Of a DNA stretch of 64,000 bases, positions 1-32,260 are shown in pieces (within the stretch, counting starts at the first letter, position 1; each line of letters opens with the position of its first letter). This stretch comes from Schmidtea polychroa (Eukaryota). Position numbers and translations under genes: made by a program. The DNA lies in NCBI GenBank assembly GCA_044892525.1, contig CM097885.1:184512001-184576000 (forward strand). The letters run 5' to 3'. Under the pieces are notes generated by a model. The model had not been told where the DNA came from and made no database searches. It saw only the letters and a list, made by a program, of their open reading frames with translations.

Positions 1-20296
<20,296 letters not shown>

Positions 20297-21021
20297 GCAG
20301 AAAAATGTTAGATTAATTAGTTTAACAAAATAATTAATTTAAATAGTTGTTGTTTTTAGTTAACTTTTCTTTCTAATTGGTAATTTTTGTTTTAATATTG
20401 TGCCATATTGTGCAATATTGTGCAATAAATTATAATGTCATTGGAATAAACAAATTATATTTGTATTATAAGATATTTTTGGTTAATTTTTCCAGAACCT
20501 TGGTATTAAAGTTTATAAAACTTATTAGCAATGTTAATAATAAGTCAGTAGTTCTTTCATGCAAACTATTTAATAAGTTACGGTTATATTGATCAGTACA
20601 AAGCTATTAAAATTCAAAGTGTATGTTAATAATTTTAAGAGAGTTAAAAGTAGCGAAAGGTAATTAACGAAAAGTATAAGATATATATGATAGGATTGAT
20701 ACAAATAATTCATTTAATAAGCTTTATATCGCCCTTTCAAGCTATAATTAAATTAGTAGTAATTGGTTAAGTGAAAGGAATTTTTAGATTCCTATTTAAT
20801 CCTGATTATTAATCACAATTTAAAAGGAAAGCTAACTCAACAAAATTTGGCGTTGTGGACAAAGAGAAAAGTCATGATGTTGAGGATTTGATTATTTGAA
20901 TAATTTGAAGCTGATTTAGGACAAATATTTTCTATACTTATCTTGATTTTAAAACAAATGAAATTCAAATTTATGTTTTGGGGACAATTATTATGCCACA
21001 GTAAAGATGTATACCAATATC

Positions 21022-21340
21022 GTAACTAATGTGAATTACGCAGCTAAATTTATTATGAAAAAATGAATTAAAACCGAAATGTGACAGAGAAGCTAAATTT
21101 TAAAGCAAAATAAATCATCAGGATATCATTGAACTTTATTGAGCTTTTGATAGGAAAGACATGTCGGTTTTGACATTTGAATTACGCAGATGTACGGAAA
21201 GGATGGAATGACTGAAATTTAATAAAAATATTCAGAAATTGGACAAATTGAAATCCATGCTATTACATATAATGCTCAATAGCTTTTGCCTATTCTTTCC
21301 GATTCAAAAAGTGCATATGTTCATATGGTCACAAAAAGTT
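21022..21340 (+). pseudogene. Decayed Ser/Thr kinase (CAMK/DAPK/MLCK-like) fragment
   Basis: VTNVNYAAKFIMKK* and DREAKF*SKINHQDIIELY*AFDRKDMSVLTFEL resemble subdomains II-V (YAAKFI..RE..IL..L.H.NII.L.E.FE); stops and frameshift. Confidence 0.4.
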
Positions 21341-21629
21341 AAATAATATTAACAAAAGAAGAAAAAATTAATGTAGTTTTCTCTACTACATTAATTGTAA
21401 ATTGTTTATTATTGGCAGTTATTTCAAAATATTAAAGTGCGAAAATTGTGTAAGCAACAAATAATTGGTAAGTTATTTTTATTATTTTCTTTTTTATTAT
21501 ATTTTTAATATACTTGTTAAATAAAACTAGAAGTCGAATTCAAATTATATTCAAAAATTATAACAATATCGGTTTGACTAAACAAATCATTAAATTGACG
21601 ATTAAGCATTTCTAAATAACAATAATAAT

Positions 21630-22057
21630 CAGTGCTCGAAGTGGAACAAAATATGTGCCGGGATAGGCATGCTGTGGCACCCGGGATTCCAGGCTTTTAT
21701 GCAGAAATTTTCAGTTGGGGGTGTTGCAAAACTTTGGGGGTGTCCAACAAATTTTTTTTTGGGGGGGGTGTCCACCCATTTAATCATAAGTTTCAGAATA
21801 TACCTACCTATTTATTACTGCTGCTTGGGAAATTCTTAATTGAATAGAGAATAGAGAATAAAGAATATATATATATATACATACATATATGGATGTACTA
21901 TGTGTGACCTTAATTGCAGTATTTGTGTGCCTATAAAATGAAATAAGTACCGGGATAAACCTATAGATTATATGAAATGAAGTGCCGGGATGCAATTCCG
22001 CCTGCATAATCAATGCCGGGATAATATCCCGGCTATCCCGCCTCACTTCGAGCACTG
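21630..22057. mobile_element. hAT-type MITE inserted in the 3' LTR of element 1
   Basis: Perfect 14-bp TIRs CAGTGCTCGAAGTG, 8-bp TSD ATAATAAT; absent from the 5' LTR. Confidence 0.93.
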
Positions 22058-22162
22058 ATAATAATTATGTACGCCATAATATAATACGAATATAATACTT
22101 TAATATATGTATATGTTAATTTCTTAATAGTAATAATTCAGATGTAATTTATTATTATAATA

Positions 22163-25100
22163 TTATATTGTGCTAATAATTAAATCTTCCTCACATCCCC
22201 CCTGTTTAAAAGGCTTTAGCCATTCTACATTTCGAATCATTGTTTTACCTTCTTTATCCATAAGTTCGTAACTTCTATCATGTAGTTTTTTTATCACTCG
22301 AAAAGGTCCTCTGTATCTATCATCTTCTTTTTTTCTTGTGTCTATCTTTACTAAAACGTTGTCATCTATTTTAAATTCTCTATTAATTCTATCTGCGTTT
22401 CTGTACTTAACATTTCTTTGCTTTTCTTGTATCTCTTCAATGATTCTAATTCGGTCATTAGTAACTTCCTTTTTGTTTTGCCATTCTCTTGTTATTCGAA
22501 ACCCAAATACTATTTCCGCTGGACTTTTCCCTAATGTACTTTGTACGGTTGCGTTCAAAGCAAATTCAATTTCTGGTAATACCTCTACCCAATTGCTTTT
22601 TAATCTATCTTTAATTGAGGTACTCATGAAATCTCTTATTGTTCGAAATTGCCGTTCTATTAATCCATTTGCACTATGATGGTATGGACTTGAAAATTGA
22701 AGCATTATGTTATGGGTTTTAGCTAATTCTTTCATCACACCTGATTCAAATGTCTTCCCACAATCTACTTGAATTATCCTAGGAGAACCGTATTTTAGAA
22801 TCCAAAATTTCATTATTGTGTCCGCTGTTGTTTTCTCATCTTGCTTAGAAACTGCTGTAAGAGAAATATATCGAGTGCACATATCAATAATTCCTAAAAT
22901 ATACTTTTTCCCATGTACACTTGTTTTCAAAGGTCCACAAAAATCTATAGCAATTGTTTCAAACGGTTTCGACACTTCCGTTTTTAGTATAGTTTCCTTT
23001 GTTTTAGTTGTTAGTGTTTTTCTTTTTTGACATAATTCACAATTTTGAATAATTTCTGTAGTTATCATTTGTAATTCATCCATGTCATAATTTACTTTTA
23101 TGTAGTCAATCACTTTTTTGCAACCTGCGTGGCATAGGATTTTATGCATTTCTTTGATAAATTTTTCGCGATTGTTTTTAGGAATCCAAATTTTATTTTC
23201 TTTTGTCATGATAACATCATCATCAATCTTAAATTTAGTTTTTACATTTTTCATGATTAATTCTTTTTGATTTTCTATCTCAACATTACCCTTTTGCCAA
23301 ATCACACCTTGCTTAACAGCTGTCATTGTTAAAAGTCTTGTTTTCATTTTTTCTGTTTTAGGATTTTCATGAACTTCCATACATTGAGTACATCGTCCAC
23401 ACTTATCTCGGGATAATGCATCTGCATTGGTATGTTCCATACCTTTTCTAAATGAAATATCCATATCCAAACTGCTAAGAAAATTTATCCAAGTTTGGAA
23501 TTGTGCCGTGATTGGCTTTTTTGTTGCCATCATGAATGTTATTGCTTTATGGTCCGTTCTTAATTTAAATTTTTTCCCATACAAATAATGTTTAAAATGT
23601 TGAGTAAAATAATAAATGGCCAATAACTCCTTCCTTGTTATAAAATAACCTATTTCATGCTTATTCATTGAATGCGAACCATATGCAATTACTCGCTCAT
23701 GTCCCTGTTCGTCTAACTGTGATAAAACCGCACCAATTGTGTCAAAACTTGCATCAGTGTCCAAAATAAATTCTTTCTGAAAGTTAGGGTATATTAATAC
23801 TGGTGTTTTCGATAATGCATTTTTTAATTCTTCAAATGCTTCTTCACATTTTTCTGACCATATAAGTTTTTCATTAGTCGTACCACATATAGACTCTAAT
23901 ATTCGTGAAAACATTGAATAATTTTTTATAAATTTTCTATAATAATTACACAACCCCAAAAAACTTCTTAGTTGTTTCAAACATTGAGGTCTTACAAAAT
24001 TTTTAATTGCTTCAATTTTATTTTCATCCACTTTCACACCTTCATTATTAATTATATGGCCTAAAAATTTTGTCTCATTTGTTAAAAATATACATTTTTC
24101 TGGATTTACTCGTAATCCCGCTTCCCTAATTTTCATTAATACTTCATTTATTCTTTTAAAATGCTCTTCTTTATTTGTAGAAAATATTAATATGTCATCC
24201 AAATATACAATAGCTGTATTCCACAGAAGTTTTCCTAAAACCATATTCATTAGTTTTTGAAATGTAGCCGGTGCCGCAGCAATTCCAAAAGGCATTCTAT
24301 TAAAACAGTACTGTCCGCTCCTTGTTGAAAATGCGGTTTTTTCTTGTGAATTATTTGTTAACTCCACTTGATAATATGCACTTCCAAGATCTATAGTACT
24401 AAAAAACTTGGATCCATTGAGTGAATCTAACATTTGTTCAATATTAGGCATTGGAAATATTTGTCTTTCTGTTATTTTATTTAGGTTTCTAAAATCCAAA
24501 CACAATCTGATGTCATTCTTTTCTTTTTTCCAAACACATACCAATGGAGTATTCCAACTCGAATCACATTTCCTAATAATACCATTTTCTTCCAAATTTT
24601 TTATAGCCTCCTCAATCTTTTCTTCTAAATGAGCCGGTTGTCGTCTAGGGTTCATGTAAATTGGGCCCTCAGTAGTTTTGATTTCGTGCCATAATAAATC
24701 TGTTTTTCCAATGTCCCATTTATCAGCCATAAAAACTTCTTTATTTTCATTAATTATCTGATACATTTTATCTCCTTTTTTTAAATCAAATAATTTTATT
24801 GCTCGACTAAATCTTTTCTCATCATTATATGAGTTGCTAAATCTTGCCTCAATATTACAAATTTCATTAAAATTATTTTCTATTTCCGTATTTTCAGTTA
24901 TACTATCGTTTATTTTCATTAACTTGATGTTGAATTGACGAAGTAAATCTATCCCACCAATAATTGACGGTGAAACCTTTTTAACAACAACAAAAATCAC
25001 ATTCTCTTCTTTGTTACCGATTTGAATCTTCAATTTAACATTGCCAAATGTTTCCAATGGACTGCCATTTGCACACCAAATTCCTTCATTGTGAGGTTTA

Positions 25101-25762
25101 ATATCTATCTCACCTATTTCTTTGATGATCGAGCTATCTATTACATTCATTCTAGCCCCCGTATCCAATAGACAATGTTTGAAATAAATCCTATTAATCC
25201 CAACTATTACGCTTGGTCTTCCACCCATCTTATCATATACAATTTCTAAATCGTCATTTAAAACAGAAATATTATTTATATGTTTATCCAATGTTTCGTC
25301 ATAAACAAACCTTTTACTGCTATTTATTAATTTTGCCTCACAAATACTTATTATCTTCTTACAATTCTGATCACATTTATTTTCAATTACATTAATTTTA
25401 TCACGCATCCAATTACAATCATTAATATCAGTTTTATCTCTTACGTCATATATAATCTTACTGTTACTCTGATTATCTTCCTTTATTACATCATATTTTT
25501 TTAATTTACTTTTCACGTTTTTAATACTATCTTCTAAAATTACATCTGATTTAAATCTAATATTTTTTACCTTTAAATTTGATTTAGATATACTGTCTAA
25601 ATTATTATTACTACTTTTAAAATTATACATACTGTCTAAATTACTATTACTATTATTATTAAAAAATATACTATACTTATCTTGGCGCACACAATCATCA
25701 TTATTACCTTTTAATGCATGGCTCCTATCATCTCGCCTAATGATGGAGCCCTCCCATTTGGG
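22163..25762 (-). CDS. pol: Pol of element 1 (PR-RT-RNaseH-IN), expressed by -1 frameshift from gag
   Basis: LLDTGA (PR), YLDDIL (RT), LDTDAS (RH), H-x4-H..C-x2-C, IDFCG/VDCG/LIERQF (IN), YRGPFRV; the pol frame stays open upstream of the called start and overlaps the gag 3' end; ORF ends inside the 3' LTR. Confidence 0.96.
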   Translation of the reverse strand, partial: PKWEGSIIRRDDRSHALKGNNDDCVRQDKYSIFFNNNSNSNLDSMYNFKSSNNNLDSISKSNLKVKNIRFKSDVILEDSIKNVKSKLKKYDVIKEDNQSNSKIIYDVRDKTDINDCNWMRDKINVIENKCDQNCKKIISICEAKLINSSKRFVYDETLDKHINNISVLNDDLEIVYDKMGGRPSVIVGINRIYFKHCLLDTGARMNVIDSSIIKEIGEIDIKPHNEGIWCANGSPLETFGNVKLKIQIGNKEENVIFVVVKKVSPSIIGGIDLLRQFNIKLMKINDSITENTEIENNFNEICNIEARFSNSYNDEKRFSRAIKLFDLKKGDKMYQIINENKEVFMADKWDIGKTDLLWHEIKTTEGPIYMNPRRQPAHLEEKIEEAIKNLEENGIIRKCDSSWNTPLVCVWKKEKNDIRLCLDFRNLNKITERQIFPMPNIEQMLDSLNGSKFFSTIDLGSAYYQVELTNNSQEKTAFSTRSGQYCFNRMPFGIAAAPATFQKLMNMVLGKLLWNTAIVYLDDILIFSTNKEEHFKRINEVLMKIREAGLRVNPEKCIFLTNETKFLGHIINNEGVKVDENKIEAIKNFVRPQCLKQLRSFLGLCNYYRKFIKNYSMFSRILESICGTTNEKLIWSEKCEEAFEELKNALSKTPVLIYPNFQKEFILDTDASFDTIGAVLSQLDEQGHERVIAYGSHSMNKHEIGYFITRKELLAIYYFTQHFKHYLYGKKFKLRTDHKAITFMMATKKPITAQFQTWINFLSSLDMDISFRKGMEHTNADALSRDKCGRCTQCMEVHENPKTEKMKTRLLTMTAVKQGVIWQKGNVEIENQKELIMKNVKTKFKIDDDVIMTKENKIWIPKNNREKFIKEMHKILCHAGCKKVIDYIKVNYDMDELQMITTEIIQNCELCQKRKTLTTKTKETILKTEVSKPFETIAIDFCGPLKTSVHGKKYILGIIDMCTRYISLTAVSKQDEKTTADTIMKFWILKYGSPRIIQVDCGKTFESGVMKELAKTHNIMLQFSSPYHHSANGLIERQFRTIRDFMSTSIKDRLKSNWVEVLPEIEFALNATVQSTLGKSPAEIVFGFRITREWQNKKEVTNDRIRIIEEIQEKQRNVKYRNADRINREFKIDDNVLVKIDTRKKEDDRYRGPFRVIKKLHDRSYELMDKEGKTMIRNVEWLKPFKQGGCEEDLIISTI

Positions 25763-26874
25763 TGTCCATCACTTCGGGTAGACTGAGAATCCTCCGCTTC
25801 GTTTCCGCGGTCTTCCATAGCTGCCACTCTTCCATCGGCATATCTGTCTTGATATCGTCTGTTATCCTCGTAATTTCTAGATTGGTTTCTTCCTGATGAT
25901 CGTGTGTCTGCTGATCCCCAACATTGAAACCGCAAATGACCACGTTTTCCACATCCTGAGCATGAAATCGATGGACATTCTCCCGGGTGATGGCCAGATT
26001 CCTTACAAGCGTTGCATCTCAATTCTGAATTTATCTTGTTATTTTTACATTCTCTAATCATGTGTCCTTCTTTTCCACATCCATAACACTTCTTTTTTGG
26101 GCATTCTCGACTCGAATGTCCTAGTTCTTGACAATTCCAACATGTAACAACGCGACTTCCACTTGCTCTGTTGACTCTATGGTAATACTGTTGATTAGTA
26201 TTCCTTCCAGAATCGAAGCTTTGAGCGTGCGGAATAGAATTGAATCTTGGTTCAAAATTTCGTCTTTCTTGAACATTCGAAAAATTGCGTTGTCGATCTT
26301 GTATATCGGCAAATCCTTGTCGTTTCTTTATTACGTTTGCGAACGTTTCTTTTCTTTGCATAACTGCAATACTAGAAACTTCAATGTTGATAGCATCAAC
26401 TTTACGAATTACGTCCTTGATCTCTTCGACTTTTAAAGCATCTCGCATCTTGATCTCTTTTTGGATTTCTTTGTCTTTGACACAATGTATCAAAAAATAA
26501 GCGACTAATTCGTTTTTATCCCACTTGTGTTTCAATACTTTGTCGACCATTTTCTCAATCTTTTCGAAAAACACTGGCGCTGCATCGTTATCTTTCTCAT
26601 AATTGTATAAGTTCAGAAAATCGCCTATCAGTGTTGACGGCTTCTTGAAAGCTTCTCTGAGTCTATCTTCAAAATTAATAAATTTGACATCGACGGCTTC
26701 ATAAATCGGTAAAATATCTCTTGAAATAAGGCATTTTATCATCATATTTTGGTTATCTTGATCTAACCCACATAACTGAAAATATCGCTTACATTCTTCA
26801 ATGAAAGTTTCGATTTCGTGTCTTCCGTCGTAAACATCCGGAATCATCTTATTCACTATTGCCAGGGTCGCCAT
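25711..26874 (-). CDS. gag: Gag of element 1 (387 aa, four CCHC zinc knuckles)
   Basis: CWNCQELGHSSREC, CYGCGKEGHMIREC, CNACKESGHHPGEC, CSGCGKRGHLRFQC; position directly after the 5' LTR. Confidence 0.92.
   Translation of the reverse strand: MATLAIVNKMIPDVYDGRHEIETFIEECKRYFQLCGLDQDNQNMMIKCLISRDILPIYEAVDVKFINFEDRLREAFKKPSTLIGDFLNLYNYEKDNDAAPVFFEKIEKMVDKVLKHKWDKNELVAYFLIHCVKDKEIQKEIKMRDALKVEEIKDVIRKVDAINIEVSSIAVMQRKETFANVIKKRQGFADIQDRQRNFSNVQERRNFEPRFNSIPHAQSFDSGRNTNQQYYHRVNRASGSRVVTCWNCQELGHSSRECPKKKCYGCGKEGHMIRECKNNKINSELRCNACKESGHHPGECPSISCSGCGKRGHLRFQCWGSADTRSSGRNQSRNYEDNRRYQDRYADGRVAAMEDRGNEAEDSQSTRSDGHPNGRAPSLGEMIGAMH
25720..25762 (-). promoter_or_regulatory. -1 programmed ribosomal frameshift signal
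   Basis: C CCA AAU heptamer in gag phase, 5-nt spacer, stem GGCUCCAUCAU/AUGAU(A)GGAGCC with 8-nt loop. Confidence 0.75.
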
Positions 26875-27379
26875 GTTAAATAAAACTAGAAGTCGAATTC
26901 AAATTATATTCAAAAATTATAACAATATCGGTTTGACTAAACAAATCATTAAATTGACGATTAAGCATTTCTAAATAACAATAATAATTATGTACGCCAT
27001 AATATAATACGAATATAATACTTTAATATATGTATATGTTAATTTCTTAATAGTAATAATTCAGATGTAATTTATTATTATAATATTATATTGTGCTAAT
27101 AATTAAATCTTCCTCACAATACTAAATCAGTTAATAAAGCGATTCAAAATATATACGGTCAAACTTTAATTTTCTAACTATTGTGACAAAAAAAATGATG
27201 GCGGAAATCGAATTTGGCAGTAAATCGAGGTGAAAATTGAATTTCTATATCATTAAACCCTAATAGACTTAGCAATCTTCTAAATGCATCTTAAACGATT
27301 GTTAATGTATACAGCAGACTCATAATCATTTTCTTGGCAATAATTTAAGAATACGGTAAAACACCATGGTTCTCTATAT

Positions 27380-27876
27380 CAGAGGTTCTCAACCTGTGGT
27401 CCGCGACGAGCAGTTAGGTGGTCCACGAATTGGTGACTAGAACAAAATGTAATAATTATGACGGACACGGATAATACAATGTTGATTTGAGGATTTTAAT
27501 TTTTATAAACCTGAAACTTTAACTAAACTTACTAATAATTCACTAAAATATAATGCTGAAAAGCTGCAATAAAGATTTGCATTAAATTTAAATTTCTCAG
27601 ATAATATACGTTTTATTCGAAACAAAATTTGGTAGACAAGTTTTATCTCTGTCTCAAATCAGAAAATTTACTTTAAATGCTTGTGAATTTGTCTCTGATT
27701 TAATTCCTGGGCAACCCAAAACCTACCCTAAATGGGGCCTCCAATGCAAAAAAAATCGTTTTCAGTTTGGGCTCGTCCCAAGACAATTAATCACTACTGG
27801 CCGTCCAGTGGTGGTCCACCACTGAGGTACATAATTTTGAAATGGTCCTTGAGTTTGAAAAGGTTGAGAACTTCTG
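27380..27876. mobile_element. hAT (Charlie/MER5-like) MITE
   Basis: TIRs CAGAGGTTCTCAACCT / AGGTTGAGAACTTCTG; degenerate 8-bp TSD CTCTATAT vs CTTTACAT. Confidence 0.8.
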
Positions 27877-28309
27877 CTTTACATTACACATGATACTAGA
27901 AAATGTAATTTGACTGCTAACTTTTCTGCACAAAAATGAAGATGTGTTTTTAAATTCATTCTACACAAACACGACAAATTTATCTGAACACAAAATTACA
28001 ACTTTCACATTCACGCCATATAATCTCTTGATATATGCTTGTAAGCATTGGACATGCAGTCACATTCGCAATGTAAATTTTACATAGACAAATGATTTGT
28101 GGGGTCATAGAGCCAGAGTTATTAAATTTATTTTATAATTTGTCTTATACATAAGAGACGAAATGTTATAGGAACCCATTCACAGGCGTAAACTAACTGT
28201 GTAATATACAAAGTATCATTCTCATCACCCAATTTACAATTAGGAATTTTGAAATGCATTTTATGTTTACCTCTATCCAGTTTATATTTTGTTTCTAGAC
28301 TGACTCACA

Positions 28310-31300
28310 GTGGATAAAAAAAAGTTCTCTTCAGGTGCTCAGATGCGTGCATTTAAAAGAAAAAGGAATTTGAAAGAAGCAGACAAAGCAAAATATCAAA
28401 GATTATTGTCTTTTTCTGAACTCCATAGTGTAGAAGAAAGTATTTCTACAACATGTGTGCTTCCTACTCAAGTGACTGAACCTGCTGTAGAAAACAGAAG
28501 TCTTGTTGAAATAATAAATGAACTTTTCTAAATGACAAAGCAAGATTTGACACAGGAAAAAGCAAAGTGAAAAATTATTTGAGCATTTTGGTTGAAAGGG
28601 ATGCCTGTCAACCTTTAAAAAATGATATGTCTACAAGAGACTATCCCACTACCAATCCTAGGAAATAAAAGCAATTTCTATAAAATTAAAATCCCCTTGA
28701 AGAACAAGTACATAGATACTGGATAGCTTCATCATACAGAAGTAATTATTGTTACTGTCATCATTGTTGGTTATTTGGTGAAGACGCCAGAACTTCGCCA
28801 TGGATAGAGTATGAATGATTGGAAGCACATTTTCTAAAGCATTAAAAACACTTTCAATCAAAATTTCATCACAGAGCAGTAAGTGCGGATAAACAATTCG
28901 ACAAGACTATGTTGATTGAAGTTTCATTGAAAAAACAAATGGGTATAGAAGTTCAAAAATAGAAATATGTTCTTAATCGTCAGTTCGGACTCCTACGAAA
29001 ACTTACTGGTCATACAGAATCCTTGGGTGCTCTTAATCCACACGCGCTCTTATAAATATTAAGACACAATATACTAAAAACATAAAATTTAAAGAAAAAA
29101 AGCAATTATTTATTGAAATCGTTTATTTATCAATCAATAACTGAGACTGAAAAAAAATTCTTTAAAAATACAATAGCGTTTACTGATTCATCTTTCAATC
29201 TTGTTCTCAATTTAGACACCACAATTCCAAATGTTGAAAATACGCGTTCGCTTTCCAATGATATTGGTTTCACTGTTAGAAGAGCATTATATAATAAATC
29301 CATATTTTTGATCTGAATTTAGTGGCTTCATAAAGTTGAAATTCTTTGTTAAAAGAATTGAAATTATCCCCATTGATGGCTATTACAGAATTTATGTTTT
29401 TTTTATTTCTAAATTCACCTCATCGGAAACTGATAGTGATGTAGTTTCGGATTCACGTTTATCATGAATACATAACGTTTCTGCATGTTCTTCACCAGTA
29501 TTTCTTTGTGCAGTTTCTTCTTTTGGAAATAATCGTTTCATTAGTTATTTGGCATATGCTAATGTGACTTTTCTTGGCGAATACTGAAACCATGCATTTT
29601 CTTTTGATGAAGAAAAATTGTGCAGAAACATCAAAAGTAACACCATCGGTTTATTCATCTCTGGCTTATACGTTAAAGTAAAACCTCTTTGAAATTTAAT
29701 CTTAGCGCAGAGTTTCTTTCTGTAAATTTATTCATTAAAAAATTACAATCGTTTCGCAAGATAATAATGTACATCTTTTCTGCTTAGTGCTTCAACAGTA
29801 GCTTTTAATGGAGACAGAACAGCCAACATATCCTTAAAAATAACCAAATTATTTTCTTGAACTTTTTAATAGCATTCAATTCAGCCAGACTGATTTTTAT
29901 ACAAATATACAGCATGATAAATCTCTCAATCATAGCTTCAAATAGAATTCTATCTGGTTTTAATATCTCTTATCAAACCAATTTCCTTTTTAAATTCTTG
30001 TTTTACATATCGCTGCAAAATACTATTTTTATTGGGTGATCGTCTGAAGAAATTTAGAACATTTTGAACTTCTTTTATTGCCTTGTTTGGCTGAAGAATA
30101 ATTCAAGTTCATAATTTTCAAAAACCAATTCACCATTTTCAAAATCGTTGGAATTGTCATCCGATTCTAATTCTGAAAGTTCTGAACTTATTTCGTCATC
30201 ACATATTTCTTCACGAAAATCCAGTTTCTCGCAATTATTGTAGAAAATATTTATTACAGCTAGATGAATGGCCTGAATCATGCATTACTCGTGGAGAGCA
30301 GGACTTTCACACCAAACTTACACATAACACTAGCACCTTTAGTTGTCGATGCAACAATGCTTTTCGAAAATGACTCCAAATTCTTTCAAATGTTGGTTGA
30401 CGATATTTTCAGTTTCTATGGCATCACAACTTCCAATTATTCGAACTAACCCCAAATTGAAAAAAAACTGATTCGTTACAATGAATATTAATATTGAAAT
30501 ATCACTTGTTGGCAACACTTGTCCACTCATCGACAGTAAGACTGAATCTTTCACTACTGTTTAAGTTTTTACTTATATTTTCAATTATTGTGGCCTTTTC
30601 CTCTCTAAAATAAGAAATTACTAAATCCATTACTTTTGATGGATTTTTTGGAAGATTATAGTCTTTATCCGAAATATATTGCCTTATTAATGAACTTTTT
30701 GTTATTGCGTTTACTCTGAAACTATCTTCAGAAACTAATCGTGTCACAATTTCATTTAGCTGTTGTTGTCTCTTCATAAAATTAAGAATATTTGGATTAT
30801 TGTTGGTGTACATTTTTTTTGAACTGGAGCTGCAGTCTTTTGAGCGTGAACTGGTAAGATCCTGCATATGTTTTAGTTTTAAATGGTTCAACGTTGGTGT
30901 TGTGGAAGATCGCTTACATCTTACCTTGTGTGCATTTTTTACAGGAAGCTTTATATCCATTTCTTTTAAAAAAATACCCAAACCTCAGCAGAATTTCGTT
31001 TAGACATTTTTTATAAGGACTAAAAATGTGAAATTCAAAATCTTTCAAAATAATTGTATAAATGAATCTTACTGTTTGGTATATTTAGGTTAATAACTTA
31101 TTTCATTAAAACAATTAATCAATAATATTTAAATCAATCTATGTATTCGTATATTTCCACATTTTATGTTAAACTGTCACTTTTTTAGTCATGCGTATTG
31201 CGTATGAAATATATTTTAATTTTGTATTTATATTTAAATGGTTGGCCTACTTAGATCAGTTTTAGTAATAAAACACAAAATAATTTGAATTTATTACATA

Positions 31301-32260
31301 ATATCTCTTAGAATTATCGTAATTTTCTGAAATTAAATTAAAAAAGCATAAATTTTTTAAACTAAATCACGATTCATAATCATTAACCCGCATTCACCGA
31401 ATAATGATAAAAGTATTCGAAAATCGAATACTAAATCTTTGCTGAATGATTCGAAAAGTATTCGACGAATATATTTGTATGTCTCAACCCTGCACATGAG
31501 CACGATCGATCATATTCTCAAACAACATTTTAAAGACAAGATACATCTGAAATATCTGAGCAAAACTATCTTTGAGGAACAAGTTCAGATTCTTTCAAAA
31601 ATGACACTTGACGAAATTGTTGATCTACAACTGAAATAATTCAGAAGGATCAAATTACGGTGCTATTGATATAAAAAGTAACAATGAAAGAACAGGGAAA
31701 TTGGAAGAACTCAGATGCAATCATAAATTTAAATAATTTGTAGAGCAGGCAAAGAATGCCTGGAATGACATGAGATTTGATGCAACTGAAGATGATTCGA
31801 GTAAGGAGAAGAAAGATTATGGATCATGAAGCTTGTGGTTGTGAAAGACTAGCTACTGCTTCAGATAGATATCACACTTAAATTTATTTTCTAGCACTGG
31901 ATAGTATAACTGGGGAGATGCGAAAAATTTCATCAATATTTCGATTTTTGAGTCCAAATTGACTGGCTAAAGGCTCAGATGATGAAATAAAAACACAAGT
32001 AGCAACATTGGTAGACAACTTCTCAAATGAATTAACATCTGAACTTAGAAATTAACTCTCTTCATTTATTGACCTCTACTTTTCACAACCAAAGGAAATG
32101 AGGTTATGCCATATATCTGAAATTTTTAATGAACAATGACTTGTGTGATGGGTCACCAGAGACTATCCAGTTTTGGGTTTGCTCGCCATTGAAAGCAAAA
32201 TTACAAAATCAATAAACTTGGACAAAGCTATAACTCACTTTTCAAATGTTAAATATATGT
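28310..32260 (+). mobile_element. Degenerate hAT (Tip100/ZMYM1-like) transposase remnant, split by a nested insertion
   Basis: N-term FSSGAQMRAFKRKR, DWKHIF (about 28820), KIHLKYLSKT (about 31545), C-terminal LGLLAIESKITKSINLDKAITHF dimerization-like motif. Confidence 0.6.
29140..31492 (-). mobile_element. Degenerate hAT transposon nested in the Tip100-like remnant
   Basis: RFSLTVDEWTS catalytic motif (ORF 30502-30981), VLSPLKATVEALSRKD, LLTVKPISLESERVFS..LRTRLKDESVNAIVFLK dimerization domain; CAGGGTTGAGAC terminus at 31492. Confidence 0.8.

Larger units (their letters stand above)
21515..27118 (-). mobile_element. Full-length Ty3/gypsy LTR retrotransposon (element 1)
   Basis: 245-bp LTRs (5' LTR 26874-27118; 3' LTR 21515-22195 interrupted by a MITE), TG..CA ends, 5-bp TSD ATACT on both flanks, PBS TGGCGACCCTGGCA, PPT AAACAGGGGGGA, intact gag and pol. 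Confidence 0.97.
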
